From: Lytechinus pictus
Lineage: Eukaryota
Assembly (NCBI RefSeq): GCF_037042905.1
Contig: NC_087252.1
Coordinates: forward strand, 15,874,001-15,938,000
Direction of reading: 5' to 3'
DNA length: 64,000 nucleotides
The notes under the pieces were generated by a model, which saw nothing but the letters and a program-made list of their open reading frames with translations, was not told the DNA's origin and ran no database searches. This document shows, piece after piece, positions 31,354 through 45,019 of the stretch. Every line of letters starts with the position of its first letter. Within the stretch, counting starts at the first letter, position 1. Both the position numbers and the translations under genes were made by a program.

Positions 31354-32831
31354 CTTGTGTGGTGCATTGGTCTTGACCTGTATAAGGGTTTGTCATGCCT
31401 TCATCTAGTTCCTGTTTGATGATAATGGTTTGACCTGGAATGAACATATAAATTGTAAGCAAAATATTAAGATTCAAAACAGTCAACAATGTTTGGGCCT
31501 TTGAACATCAATCAAGCTTGTTCTAGAACATACATGAACCAGTGTATCTTACCTTGTGTGGACCATTGTTCTTGAGCTGTTTCAGGGTTGGTCATGTCTT
31601 CATCTACTTCCTGTTTTAACATGAAGGTTTGACCTAGTATGAACACAGATAAATTGTAAGTATATAATTAGATTGATGGATAACAGTCAGCCACACTGAA
31701 ATCTTTAGACATCAATCAAACTTGTTCTAGAACATACATGAACCAGTGTATCTTACCTTGTGTGGTCCATTGGTCTTGAGCTGTATCAGGGTTGGTCATG
31801 TCTTCATCTACTTCCTGTTTGATGGTAATGGTTTGACCTAATATGAGCAGATAAATTGTAAGGATATAATTAGATTGATGGATAACAGAAAGCCAAGATT
31901 AACCCTTTAAACATCAATCAAGCTTGTTCTAGAACATACATGAGCCATAATATCTTACCTTGTGTGGTCCATTGTTCTTGAGCTGTATCAGGGTTGGTCA
32001 TGTCTTCATCTACTTCACGTTTGATGATAATGGTTTGACCTAGTATGAACATATAAATTTTAAACAAATTATTTAGTGACAACCATCAACAATGCTTAAC
32101 CCTTTCAGCTTCAAACAAGCTTGTTCTAGAATATATGTGAAGTATCTTCAATGTACTCAATCTTGAAAGTGTATTGCTGCCCTCTAGTATCGAAAAGTTA
32201 TACTTAGCAATGGGAGTTCCGAGATGTTGGATTTAAATTGCATTTGCGTTTCTATGCACAAAGAAACTACTAGTATGTAAATTTGACTGATTCTGTTCGA
32301 CATGAGTGCAGAGACCAACTAGAAACACCGACATTATAACGAACCAGTTTATCTTACTTAGTGTGGTCCATTGGTTTTGTCCCGTAACGTTGTTCGCAAT
32401 GTCTTCATCTACTTCCTGCTTTAACATGAAGGTTGTTGGACCTAGTATTTAAAGATAAATAATAAGCAAATAATTAAGATTAATATAAGTCAACAATGTT
32501 TGACTCTTTTAACATCAATCAAGCTTTTTCTAGAACACACGTGACCCAGTTTATCTTACCTTGTGTATTCCATTGGTCTTGAGCTGTATCAGGGTTGGTC
32601 ATGTCTTCATCTACTTCCGGTTTGATGGTAATGGTTTGACCTAGTATGAAGAAATAATAGTAAGCAAATAATGAAGTTAACAGTCAACAATGTTTGACTC
32701 TTTGAACATCAACCAAACCTTTTCTAGAACATAAATGAACCAGGGTATCTTACCTTGTGTGGTCCATTGGTCTTGAGCGGTATCAGGGTGGGTCATGTCT
32801 TCATCTACCTCCTGTTTGATGAAGGTTTCAC
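31354..32831 (-). CDS. Seven tandem phase-1 mini-exons of the ZNF gene: 32754-32831, 32560-32640, 32358-32441, 31959-32039, 31757-31837, 31553-31633, 31354-31434
   Basis: Each is bounded by AG and GTAAG on the minus strand, 78/81/84 nt long and stop-free; peptides such as GQTITIKQEVDEDMTNPDTAQDQWTTQ; phase matches the ZF-exon acceptors. Confidence 0.85.
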
Positions 32832-33385
32832 CTATGAACAGATGAATCATGAAAAATAAAGACTAACAAACAAAATGTATAGAACAAATTAGAATGGAAT
32901 TCAGCAATATGGAAATGTTAATTTCATCAAAACTCTGAAATGGGGTTCTAAGGAACTGACTACAAGGGTAAAGTACGGGGTCTTGGGAACTAAATATACA
33001 CAACAAAAAAAGTAAGTCCCCCCTTGAACAAACATCAATAATTTCCGAACCAATTCGAGGTTTTGATATATTTTTACATGAGCGTGTAGGTAATTTTATA
33101 AGCTAACCTCTGAGTAAATGTTATGGACGTATTCTACGCCATGCTTCAGTGAGCACCGTCAGAAGGCAAAAATGTCACTTTTCAAAAGTCACAAGCCAAA
33201 TATCATGACTTTAATTCCATTTTATTGGAACTGATTCCACATTCTCATCATAAAAAAAATAGTCAGAAGGCTTGTAAAAGGTACTTTCTATTAAAAAGAC
33301 TATACATTTTTCTAGCTAAATTTCACGGTTGAATAAACACAAATCCAAATTTGCTATAATTGGATTTTTTCACATTTTTATCAAT

Positions 33386-34315
33386 AACAAGTGGAATGCC
33401 TCTGGCCGTCTCACCTGCATCACGCGATTCAATATAGCAGCAGTGCTGATTTTGAAAACTACTATAACTCGCACAAGATGTTCAGTGATACTTGGTTACT
33501 CTTATTTCCACGTTTTATGAACTAGACCAATACACTTATAGAGATATGATGGCAATTCAACAAATACCCCCAACGTGGCCAAAGTTCTTTGACCTTACAT
33601 GACCTTTGACCTTGATCATGTGACCTGAAACTCGCACAGGATGTTCAGTGATACTTGATTACTATTATGTCCAAGTTTTATGAACTAGACCAACACACTT
33701 TCAAATTTATGGCTGTAATTCAACAAATGCCCCAATTTGGCCAAAGTTCATTGACCCTAAATGACCTTTGACCTTGATCATGTGACCTGAAACTTGCACA
33801 GGATGTTCAGTAATACTTGATTACTATTATGTCCAAGTTTCATGAATCAGATCCATAAACTTTCAAAGTTATGATGGTAATTCAACAGATACCCCCAATT
33901 CGGCCAAAGTTCATTGACCCTAAATGACCTTTGACCTTGGTCATGTGACGTGAAACTCATGCAGGATGTTCAGTGATACTTGATTAACCTTATGTATAAG
34001 TTTCATGAACTAGGTCCATATATTTTCTAAGTAACCTTAGGTTAAGATTTTGATGTTGATTCCCCCAACATGGTCTAAGTTCATTGACCCTAAATGACCT
34101 TTGACCTTGGTCATGTGACATGAAACTCAGGCAGGATGTTCAGTAATACTTGATTAACCTTATGGCCAAGTTTCATGAACTAGGTCCATATACTTTCTAA
34201 GTTATGCTGTCATTTCAAAAACTTAACCTCAGGTTAAGATTTGGTGTTGACGCCGCCGCCGCCGTCGGAAAAGTGGCGCCTATAGTCTCACTCTGCTATG
34301 CAGGTGAGACAAAAA
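33386..34315 (+). mobile_element. Helentron/DINE-1-like element, copy 1
   Basis: aacaag start; subterminal gtctcacctgcat / atgcaggtgagac; 3' hairpin then A-run; ~155-bp internal tandem units; nearly identical to 59533-60501. Confidence 0.75.
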
Positions 34316-35597
34316 TGACAGAATATGATGACAGTTATTTTTGGGAAGAGTATTTTCAACAATATTCATTGTTTCACGGTTCAATCAACATTTATTGAAA
34401 ACAAAAAATATGATTTTCAAATATCATAGGCAAGTGTTGCTTCATTTTGGTAACTGAAAGTGAAACCGATCTTTTCTCAACTTTTTTGTTATGTTCATGA
34501 CCAATTAACATGTTTCAACGATTCATAGGCGTTTAATTAAACATTCACGCTTGAAAATGTGGAATGTGATTCGCTCTGTTTTGCGTTATTGGAAAAAATG
34601 CAGTTTGTAACTATGGATATCTGTCACAAACCTCCTTGCATGGTTCATTTGATTTGATATTTATGAAAATCCCGATGTTTAATGCATCAGCGGGCACACA
34701 ATATTCGAAAATTATGCAAATGAGAAGAAAGTTCAAGGCCTTGGCCCAACTCTGTGCCATATCGAATTGTTATTTTGGAGTGCGCGCCTTTTGGATAGTG
34801 TCACTCTGAAGCCATGTGCGAAGTTTCAGGAGATAACTTATGGTAGAAGTAACAGAAACCGTCCATGAAAAAAAAACCTCATTTCATATTTGTTAAAATG
34901 TTGGCTTCCTCTCTCATAGACTTGTGTACATTATGGGTGCATATGTTTAAGAATAAGGAACCCCTTATTCAATATGGTGGAGCTTTTTTTCACGGCTGTC
35001 TTTAGCAATGTCATTTGGCAGTAGGGGAGACCGGGGTTAGTTGGAACATGGGGTAAGTTGAAACATTGTAATTTTCTCTATTAACGTCTTTAAATAAATT
35101 TCTGCAATACTGCCCTCAATTTATTGTCATTATCAACAGCTATCCACCATATTACAGACAACACATATGCAACAAGCCTGGTGAAGTTAGAAACAAATTT
35201 TTGTTTTTTGACCTTCTGAGTAATTTTTTTCTTGTTCAGAAATGTTCGATTATCTCAGAGAAGTTTATAGATCAAGTTGGCCAGTTTGGGGGAATAATAT
35301 ACCAAGCTACAAAATGAGGTTATTGATATGCCATGGTGAAGTCCCTTTTTTGTGCTGTAAGCTTATAAACGTCAAATGGGCCTCCGGGGTAAGTTGGAAC
35401 AAAGTTGAAGGGGCTAGTTGGAACATGTTCCAACTTACCCCAAACATAATTATGAATAAAAACATTGGATTTGATAAAAAAATATATAAAGTATTTCACA
35501 CTCTTTTGAACATGTATTGTATACCATGCTTGTTTTGTTTATCAGTTAGGTCTGAGTGTGCATTTAAGGCCTATTGTAGGCACCTAATGCAATATTA

Positions 35598-35985
35598 ACC
35601 CTTATCAAAATGGGGGGGGGGGGGGTGTCAATTTGAGCCCCCCCCCCCTCGAGAAATTTCGTCACTACGCTGTCGCACAAAAATTTTTACTACACTGCTC
35701 GTTGACTTTTTACTTTCAAGTCTTGCGCATCATTTGAGACCAAATTTGCAATGCCTGTGTGCACGGTTTCGAAATTACGCAACGAATTGTATGTGCATGT
35801 TCGGACCCAAAATTGTTCAAAAACGTGATTCCATGTACAAGGTCAATGCAAATTGTGTTTTTCAACCAAAAGTCATAAATGTATGATTAATTTTTTTACT
35901 TTTGCTGGTTCAAATATATTAATTTTATGCTATTTATGATCGCAAAAGACTCCTGACAAAGTCCAGAGCATGATCGGTTAAGGGT
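35598..35985. mobile_element. piggyBac-like MITE fragment, related to 29284-30598
   Basis: ttaaccctta ... taagggttag; internal similarity to 29300-29590. Confidence 0.55.
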
Positions 35986-37435
35986 TAGCATTGAGGTGAA
36001 ATTTTTTTAAATAGATTTAATAGATTTTTCTATTGAAATTGCTTTTAAAATAATCTTTGATATCTCAGGTTTCAAAGACTGCAGTTGCACAAAGATTGAT
36101 GAATCCGAAAGTACTGGAATATACCATTTTATTCATGGGGGTGCTGTAATTACCTCTCATCACGGACGGACATTTTTACTCATTTTCAATTCACTCTAGT
36201 TTTATTGTTTTCAAAGTTACTTCAAATTGGTTTGGATATTCTTGCACTCTGAACATTAATCTATCATCAAACATAAATTAATAAAAAAAAAATATTGGGA
36301 AGTAAATTATTTTGGTAGGTGTTAACATTTCCATTTTGGAATTTCCGTCCATGATGAAAAAAAAGCTGAAAAGTTTTTTTATTCTTTATCAGGAAAGAAA
36401 AAAAAAATAAATGTGTAGAGCTATCTCACTAGACACTGAACATCATTTTATTTGAACATAACTAAAATCCACACATTTTATCAATATTTTAAACTTAATA
36501 AAAAATGATCACGGACGGACAATGATTTCATCACGGACGGACAAAATGCATTTCAAGTGAGCATACAACAAAACTGCGAAATGATACCCCCTGCTAATAG
36601 AGTGGAGTATTCCATATATGCAAATGAAAAAGTTTGCTAAGCATGCAGACAATTCAGTGAGGCATCATTTGAATACTTAAGCCAACTAAGTGACCAATAG
36701 AAGTCTAAGAAAGGAGTCAAGAAAGGAGCCAAGAAAAAAGTACATAGTTTCAAAGCAGGGTAAGATTCCTTTGTCCTTTTTTCTTATTGGGTAATCGATC
36801 ATAATGATTGACTTGTATGAATTCTAGTCATGAATTTAGAAGCAATCTTTACAAAAAAAGATCTTGATGTTGCTTATATGCATACTGTACATGTACAATG
36901 TGAATGCAGTCAGTAATGGTTGTGGTGTGTGTACACACACACAAACATAAACCATGACTGACTGACATCAGCCATGTGTGAAATCATGAAGTGTATATAT
37001 ATGCATGCTGTGTTGGCTGTACTGTGCATGCATGTAGAGTGACATATGCACGGTAGTGAAAATAAATTTGGAAAAGTTCTTCTTCAAAACTGATTATTTT
37101 CTTGATTAGCTGACATTATCTTTCTACATGTATGAAGCTTATTGAAAGTAAAAAGAAAAGTAGCAAGGTTCAAATGCTGTGGGATTGGTTGGGGATGCAA
37201 AAAAAAGTAGATCTAGAATAATGATACACAATAATTTTAAGATGAAATCTGAGTATTCTGGTCATTCAAGTTGTTAGGGGCAGCAATAAATCAATAATAA
37301 AATATAATTCGGAAAAATCACATCTATGATCTCAGTACTTCAGTTTTTTAATGCATTATCTTGAACTAGAAGTAAAGATGTAAGAAACAGATAAATGTAG
37401 TAAGAGGTTACATCAATTTCTTTTGTAGATTCATC

Positions 37436-39847
37436 ATGCCACCAAAGGAACACAAAATATGTCAGAGAGAATACCGTGAAAAGCATAAAGAGCGCTTGAA
37501 AAAACAAGATCGTAACCGAAAAAGAAGAGAACGTGAAATTCTGAAAACAATCCACCCAGATCTGTATGAAGCCCAAAAAGTAAAAGATGCAGAAAGGAAG
37601 AGAGCCAAAAGACGGAACAAGCAAGATGCTACTGCCCAAACTGAAGATCAGGAAAACAAGTCCCTGCCATCGGCCTTCAAACACAAATCCTCTCTGCGTC
37701 GAAGTATCAAAAAAGTAATTGGTGCCTTTCCAAGAAGTCCACGTAAACGCAACCAAGTGTTGAATCATGTGTTCCAGGAATTGAGTCCTACCCAAAGCAA
37801 AAGTCTTGGAAGCAGAAGAAATCCACAAATTGATCGTCGCGCCAGGAAATTGACAGAAGAAACCTATTCATTGGCCAAGCTGTTTCTTGAAAGAAGTGAG
37901 ATTTCCTACACTTGCCCTGGTAGAAGAGATACAATCTACTGTGGGCAGGATAAAGATGGTACCAAAATCTACAGAGAAAAGCACTACTTACTTTGGACAT
38001 ACAAAGAATTGCTCCCTATGCTAAATGATGAGATTGAGAAAGTTTTCAGAGAAGAGAAAAAAATAGGATACGGCATATTTCAGTACTACATGACCACTCA
38101 GAAACATATCAAGCAAATTACTCAAATACCTCACTTCTCATGCCTATGTCCAAAGTGTGAGAATCTGGACCTGTTCATCAGTGCCATCAATGCAAAAGAA
38201 CAGGTTTTACCCACAACCTCGAAGAGCACCCTTATGAGTCTGCTGGTGTGTGATGTTAACAGTGCTGACTGCATTGATGGAAAATGTGAGAGCTTCCCTG
38301 GCTTGCAAGCCTTATCTGGATGCCTCCATGTGCTATGTGAGATAGATGATGTAACCTACTACCAGTGGAAAAGTGGGGAGAAAAATTTTCCTGAGAAGAT
38401 GAAAGTGGAAACCACAGGTGAAGAAGCTAGTCAAGATCTCATGAAACAAGCCCTCCAATTCAAACGACACCAGTACAACCGTTTGAGACAGCAATCTGAG
38501 ATGAATTATAAGCGGGAAAACTTGGCGTCAGATGAGGTGCTAATCCAAGTTGATTACAGTGAGAACTATGAGAACAGACAACAACATGAGATTCAGTCAG
38601 CGTACTTTGGACACGAAGCATTTTCCATTTACACGGCCTGTATGTGGTACAAATGTGACAACATGGTCTGCAGCAAGACATATGCATTTGTGTCGGATGA
38701 CACAGCCCATAACAAATATGGAGCATATCAATGCAACAAAAAACTGATTGATTTTGCTATGCAACTCGTACCTGGGCTGAAAGAAGTTCATTTCTTCAGC
38801 GATGGCTGTGCAGCACAATTCAAGTCCAAGTATTGTTTCTCCCTACTCACCCAGTACAACCAATCCATCCAACTCAGCTGGAGCTTCTTTGAGAGCCATC
38901 ATGGGAAAGGGGTTGTTGATGCGATTGGAGGCACAGTAAAGGCAGCAGTCTACAGAGATGTCCGTGCAAAGAAGGTTGTGATCCAGTCAGCCAAGGAATT
39001 TGCTGCATATGCAAACCACTCCCTCAATGTCAATGTTCAGTTTGTCACATCCCCTGATGTGTTTGAAATCAATCCTGTTGTGCAAATTCCTGGAACACAG
39101 GCAATCCACTTCATCAAGAGAAAGGTTGAAGCACAAAATGAGGAAGTCCACTTGGAATTCTATTTGAGCACACAATTTGAGACCCAGTCAGACCCTTGTG
39201 TAGGCAAAGCAGTGTACCATGATGACTCAGCAACATACCAGCAGACCACTCTTTCTGATGATGAAGATAAACCAGGACCATCTGGAATTAGTACAACCAC
39301 TGAGACAACTTCTTCAATGGAGTCTGAGGTGGGTTTTGTATTCTGAGATTATCTACAATAGTACATGTAGTACACAATTTACAAATTTGCATCACTAGAA
39401 ATAGATTTCAACTTCAACACTACACTACATCCATTTACCTGGAACATTTTCACTGCTTATACCAGTGTCTTCAGCAGATGGTAAAGCTGTTATATTTATC
39501 TTCTAGACAGACTAGAAACTCTGCTACATGGCATAACAGATGTTGACAATGAACATTATAGATATTTAAAAAAAAGATGAAAATAAGAGAAAATGTTTTC
39601 AACTTTTCCATTTGAAATGAATTTATATATAAAATGTATAAAATTTTGGATAATTGTCCAAAAAATGACAAAACAATTTTCAAAATTAAAAAAATATTCA
39701 ATTTTTGTATGTTTAAAAGTGTCTTATGTTTTACCCCATAAACAGGAAGAAGAAGACCACCACCAAACGCACATCAAACCACAACGTGGGGATTTTGTAG
39801 CAGTTGTGATAAGTGGGAAAAAACAACAGAAGCTATTTGTTGCCCAG
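37436..39847 (+). CDS. Sola2-like DDD transposase (main exon 37436-39328, next exon 39746-39847; 3' end not found)
   Basis: 631 open codons; SCLCPKCEN Cys motif; DYSENY..QSAYF, FFSDGCAAQFK and ESHHGKGVVDAIGG motifs giving a D-D-D triad; acceptor at 37427-37428, phase-0 GT at 39329, AG at 39744-39745, GT at 39848. Family assigned from recalled motifs. Confidence 0.75.
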
Positions 39848-39915
39848 GTACAAAACTGTTTTTACTTTCATTTACATTATATGTCTTTATACCCCTATAA
39901 TGATACGTCACAATA

Positions 39916-40083
39916 CAGGGGCTGCGGAACGGTTTTCAAAATGTGGGGGAGGGGCTGTGCCAAAAGTGGGGGGAAGGGGCTGACCATGCAAAAAATCACA
40001 ATCGTATGGTCATTTTTACATTTTTGTACATGCTTTGGGAAAAAAGTGGGGGCCCACACCCCCCCCTGCTTCCGCGGCCCCTG
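39916..40083. mobile_element. Small hAT-like MITE
   Basis: caggggctgcggaa ... ttccgcggcccctg; caata on both flanks. Confidence 0.6.
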
Positions 40084-41020
40084 CAATACTGTGCTCACTC
40101 AACCATGAACATACGATATCAAAATTGTGTGTGGAGTGGCTAAATAATGGATAGTAAACAGCATTAACACCATAAAATTCACCTAATAACAACTTTTGCC
40201 CAACTTTGTATTTGCACAATCTGAAAAACGACTCTTGTGACTTTCAAAAATGGTCATTTTAATTCAATCTTTAATCACTCATGCATGACTCAACCGATCA
40301 ATCTCATTTTTCCCCAGGAGTTGCCTAATGAGTGTAGAAAACCACCTACGAAATATATCTCAAATTGATTCCGTTCAAAAGTTACAGCAATTTGATTTAG
40401 GGGGGACTTACTTTTTTTGTTGTGTATATATTGCGGTGTGTGAAAAACAGGGTCTACCAAACGGGATCGCGGCACTGTATACATGTAGGTATGGTTTACG
40501 CCGATAGCGCTGTGCATGCGTAATGCATGGAGCGACTAATAGTTATGGAGGGAGTCGCATGTGGCGCTCTACAATTTTTGATGGGCTGGGGAACTGAGAT
40601 GTCTCGAAATGGCCTGGGTCTTGCGAGCGGGGCTGGGCGGCTTGTGAACTGAACTTCCGTCATTTGGAGTATCTAGAGAACTGAAAATTAGGTCTGAAAA
40701 GGGGGGTCATCAAAGTGGCACGTCCCCATACCACCAATATACCGTATGTGAGTCCCCCCCTCCTCCCGTGTTTTATAGATATACTAAGTCCACAAAGATT
40801 AGCACTTTTGAATATATTATTTGTAAAGTCAATGTCTAGATTTCTTGCCAAGACCAGAGCATCACTAAACTTCATTTTGTCAACATCTTTATGTTGAACT
40901 GTTCATTGAAGCTACAATTATATTGAGGTTCACATTAATGTGCTCCTTCAAGCCATTTGTGATTGGGTTTTCTTGTCAGATCTGATTGTGTGGTGTATCT
41001 TTGAAACAGTCTGTTACCAT

Positions 41021-42635
41021 CAGTAGCATACGCAAGGTGGGTGGCTTTAGGCCAGGGGTTCAACACCCCCCCTTAATTTTTCTGAAAGCCAAACCCCCCT
41101 CTTAATAAAATCAACCCCCCCCAAAAAAAAAAAAAAAAAAAAATTGTTGATGATCTTTGTTTTTTCTTTTTTCTACTTGTCATTTTTATTTATTTTTTTT
41201 ATTTTTTATTTTATTATTATTTTTTTTTTTTGGGGGGGGAGGTACGAACAGGGTGACCAGATTTCACAAAATGACATACGGGACAATCAACAAAAAAGAT
41301 AAACAAAGAAGGCTACACAGTGTTAGACTTGTGAAAAAATATGAAGAATTGAATGGGAGGGTAAACGAAAGAATGAAGGAGAGAAATGACAAAAGAAAGG
41401 AGATGAATTGAAAAGAAAGAAAAAAATGAACTGAAGGGAAAAATGGAGGGAAAATAATTAAAGAAAGTTAGAATAAAAGAAGGATGAAAGAAAGAATAAG
41501 AGAGAAAAAAGGCTTCCGTCATTCTTTGAAATGAATATAGAAAGAAAGAAAAAGAAAGGAAGGGAAGATGAATAAATGTGCGAAAGACAAAATAAAGGAG
41601 AAAGGAAAAAAAGAAAGTGAGAAAAAAGGGGAGGAAAGAAAGAATGAAGGGAGAAAAATGTTTCCTTCATTCTTTGGAAGAAAACAAAGAAAGAAGAAAA
41701 CAGGAAGGGAGCTGGAGGAAGGAAAGAAGGGAAAGAAAATGATAAGGGAAAGGATTAGAAGGAAAAACAAAATAAAGAATGAAAGAAAGGAGGAAAGGGA
41801 GGGAGGAAAGAATGAAGAGAGGAGAGAATGAAAGAAAGAGAAAATAATGGAAAGAACAAAAAAATGGAGAGGAAGGGAGAAGGAAGCAAAGAAAAGTTTA
41901 AGGAAAGAAAGAATGAATTCAGGAAATAAAATATGGAAATTTAATAAAGTAAAGCAACAGAAAGAAAGAAAAATGAACAGAGAGAGAGAGAAAGGTTAAG
42001 GAAAAAAGATAAAAAATAAAATTAGATGAAACAAAAAAGGAAAAGCAGGAAAGATATAAGGATGAACAAAGAATGATACAAAAGAAAGAAAGAGGAAAAA
42101 AGTTTAAACTTCAAGCAAATAAAAAAAAATCCAGTCATGTAACAAAAATCATAATGATATTTGGTGTTTTTTAATACATTTTTAGAATTTTGACAAACTA
42201 AAATGTTTTAGAAATTAATAAAATCTCAAAGTGAAACATTGTCAAACTTAAAAATTAGATGAAACATATAGCAGCATCATACACAAGACTCATAACGAAA
42301 GCTGAAACAAGAAGATCTAGTTATGAAAACTCAATAATTTGTTCCACCGATTACATCTCCAAATTAATTTGTTATCTCTGCTTTGTCTTCTTTGATGAAA
42401 ATTCGTCACTTTTAAATGTAATAACTATATTTTGTTCAATATTCTTAAATACGGGACAAATAGGCGTCACGGGAAGGGTTTGTCGGGACGCCGGGACAAA
42501 GGAGCAAAATACGGGACATCTGGTCACCCCTGGGTACGAAACCACCTCAAATTTGTAGTGATGCCCCTTTTTTTGTTAGTTAACTTCATTCAGATTGAGA
42601 ACCCCCCCCCTTTAAAAATCCTGCGTACGCTACTG
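41021..42635. mobile_element. hAT-like MITE, 8-bp TSD (g/a)ttaccat
   Basis: cagtagcatacgca ... tgcgtacgctactg. Confidence 0.75.
41249..42532. mobile_element. Nested hAT-like element with purine-rich (GA) low-complexity interior, TSD ggtacgaa
   Basis: ggtacgaa|cagggtgaccagat ... atctggtcacccctg|ggtacgaa; ~41300-42100 is nearly all A/G. Confidence 0.8.
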
Positions 42636-43243
42636 ATTACCATATTAGTAAAAAATTACTGTATCGAGGTTGCCTTGTACAGCACATCCCACACAAAAAA
42701 CCTCCCAAAGAATTATCAATGATTTATTATTTTATCAAACAAAAAAGAAAAAAATAATGGACAAATGACCTATCATGGTATAGTTTAGAGTCTCTTCGTT
42801 CATCTGGTTCAACTTATGATTCCTCATTCATGTACGATTGAGTAAAACAATTTCAAGAAAGGATACCGAAAAATCACTTGTTGTTGGGTGGCATCTGAGT
42901 TTTAAAAAAAAAAAAAAAATCACATTTTCATAAAATCTTCACTTTAATTTGGTACATCAATCACAGAAAATGGTCAAGAAACAACACAGCTCTGTCTTGT
43001 TGAAATGATGCTTGGATTTCCATTAAAAATCATGTTTTCACAGATTTCTAAACAACAGGCAATGTATGCATGGCTGATTGTCCACAAAATAGAGTGTTAA
43101 AATAAGTCTGACAGCTACGCTGTAAAACCATTTCATTTTACAAAATTATTGGAAATCAAGCTTTAATTCAAATTATAGAACTTAGTTTATCTTGACCTCT
43201 TTCATGGGAGGCACTTTATAAAAAAGATGAAAGTTCATCTCAC

Positions 43244-43327
43244 CTTGTACAAAATAATCGTCCTGGTATGTTTCCTTGTCCATTATGACTCTACTACCTT
43301 CTTCTGATTTGAAGATGATGGTTTGAC
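43244..43327 (-). CDS. Upstream phase-1 mini-exon of the ZNF gene (GQTIIFKSEEGSRVIMDKETYQDDYFVQ)
   Basis: ctAG acceptor at 43328-43329, GTGAG donor at 43239-43243, 84 nt; same GQTII.K.E start as the seven tandem exons. Confidence 0.75.
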
Positions 43328-43370
43328 CTAGCATAAACAAAGTAACAATGTAAACAAATAATACCATTAA

Positions 43371-43953
43371 AGGAGAATGAAACCCTTGAAACCAGCTGAA
43401 TCCATATCAAAGAGAAAAATCAAAGAAACATATTGTTGAAAGTTTGAGGAAGATTGAATGAATAATAAGAAAGTTATGAGCATTCGAATATTGAGATCAC
43501 TAGTGCCATGTAGATCCTCCCAACGGCAATGCGACCAAGATATGTGATATCACACACGTACAACTCCCTCATTACTTTAGTACTTATTCCACTTATATTC
43601 TCACTTTTATAGAGTCTATCACAAGGTGAGGTGTTCTCTTTATGAGATGACAAGTACAGAGGTTTCACAACATTATATCATTGATGAATCGTTTGTCATA
43701 TGATTAGAATGAGCAAAAAGAGATGTTTTGGGGTATATTTTCAGTGTCCAAATGGGAGAGTTGTACGTGTGTGACATCACAGATCTTGGTCGCATTGCCA
43801 ATGGGAGGATCTCCATAGCATTAGTGATCTCGACATTCAAATGCTCATAACTCTTTTATTGCTAGTCCTATTTTTCTCAAAGTTTTGTTGATCTTATTCT
43901 TTGATTTTTCTGCTTTCACAAAAGCTAACTTGCTCCAAGAGTTTCATTCTCCT
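43371..43953. mobile_element. Kolobok-like MITE with long inverted arms (TTAA TSD)
   Basis: ttaa|aggagaatgaaac ... gtttcattctcct|ttaa. Confidence 0.8.
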
Positions 43954-45019
43954 TTAATGGAGAGCTTGCTTAACTTCACTCTTGAAAAAAAAAACTAGAA
44001 AGAAAAAGTTGAAAGAATCTTGCTATTTAATTTTTAAACAAGAATACATGTACCACCCAATAATTAATTTATTATTTAATTATATAAAATATCTCAGAGT
44101 TCTCATATCTCATCATAAAAATTTGTCAAATCTATTAAAATTGAAATATAGTAAAAGAGCAAAAGAAATAGTGTGGGATATCATTGACTTTCTTATTTGT
44201 GAATTACTTACTACTTTGTGCATCAACTGTTTTGAGAAAAATAAGTAAAATGTCACAGCCTATATCACACCCAATTTTGATTAAATTTTCAATGTTATGC
44301 ATAAGCCTGAGTCACATCGATTATTTTGAAAACCGGTGTTCGACAGCTTTAATTCGATCGAACATCAAATATATTACCACGCTACTATTAAAGAGTGTTA
44401 CATTGTAACACTCTTTAAATGTAGCGTGGTAGGTATGGATGAGTGTTAGCTAGTAGAACAAATGATGAAGCACAGTCATAATAGTTAATATTCTGGAACA
44501 TTTATTATAATATAACAAAATGGGATGAAAGTCGGATGAACCCAATAATGACCTCTAACCACATGAGTGGTGGTCTGGGTTTTAGAGGCAGGTCTACACC
44601 TGATCAAGGTGGGAAGCAAGATTCATTTCTTTTTGCTTTCCCTGTATGACTTTATGTAAGTCTCTGTTTATCTAATTACTATATATACAGACATGTATGC
44701 TAATTAGCCAGCTGTACCAGTATATGTTAAGTGTGAATAATATAGAACTTTTATATAAAAGAACAGCTTTACTTTACCCGTCTGGCGCGCGTCCGGAATC
44801 ATGATGTAATTTGTCGCGCACGATAATAATTGTTTTCGTGGAGGGGTATGCGCCAAGTCAGTGTGATGCAAAGAAAATAGTTGGTAAATACAAAATAATT
44901 TTCATAATAATTAGAATAGCGAGTGCGAATTTTTCTTGATTGTATTTCCTCTAGTTATCATTCTTCAAGCAATGAAGTGAAATAAAGATGTCCGGCAATA
45001 GGATACACTGCCATACATG

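Larger units (their letters stand above)
32999..40424. mobile_element. ~7.4-kb TIR-bounded composite DNA element (CAC...GTG, TA flanks) in the ZNF intron
   Basis: ta|cacaacaaaaaaagtaagtccccc ... gggggacttactttttttgttgtg|ta. Confidence 0.75.

Noticed and set aside
31354..32831. Regularly spaced ~200-bp repeats as a CRISPR-like array
   Set aside because: Eukaryotic context, no cas genes, the 'spacers' are homologous to each other, and the repeats carry splice signals
40660..41020. Possible extra minus-strand exon (TTQSDLTR / MKFSDALVLARNLDID)
   Set aside because: Stops in frame, no convincing splice pair, no recognisable domain
41157..41831. K/E/R-rich and F/S/L-rich ORFs
   Set aside because: Purine-rich low-complexity DNA inside a MITE
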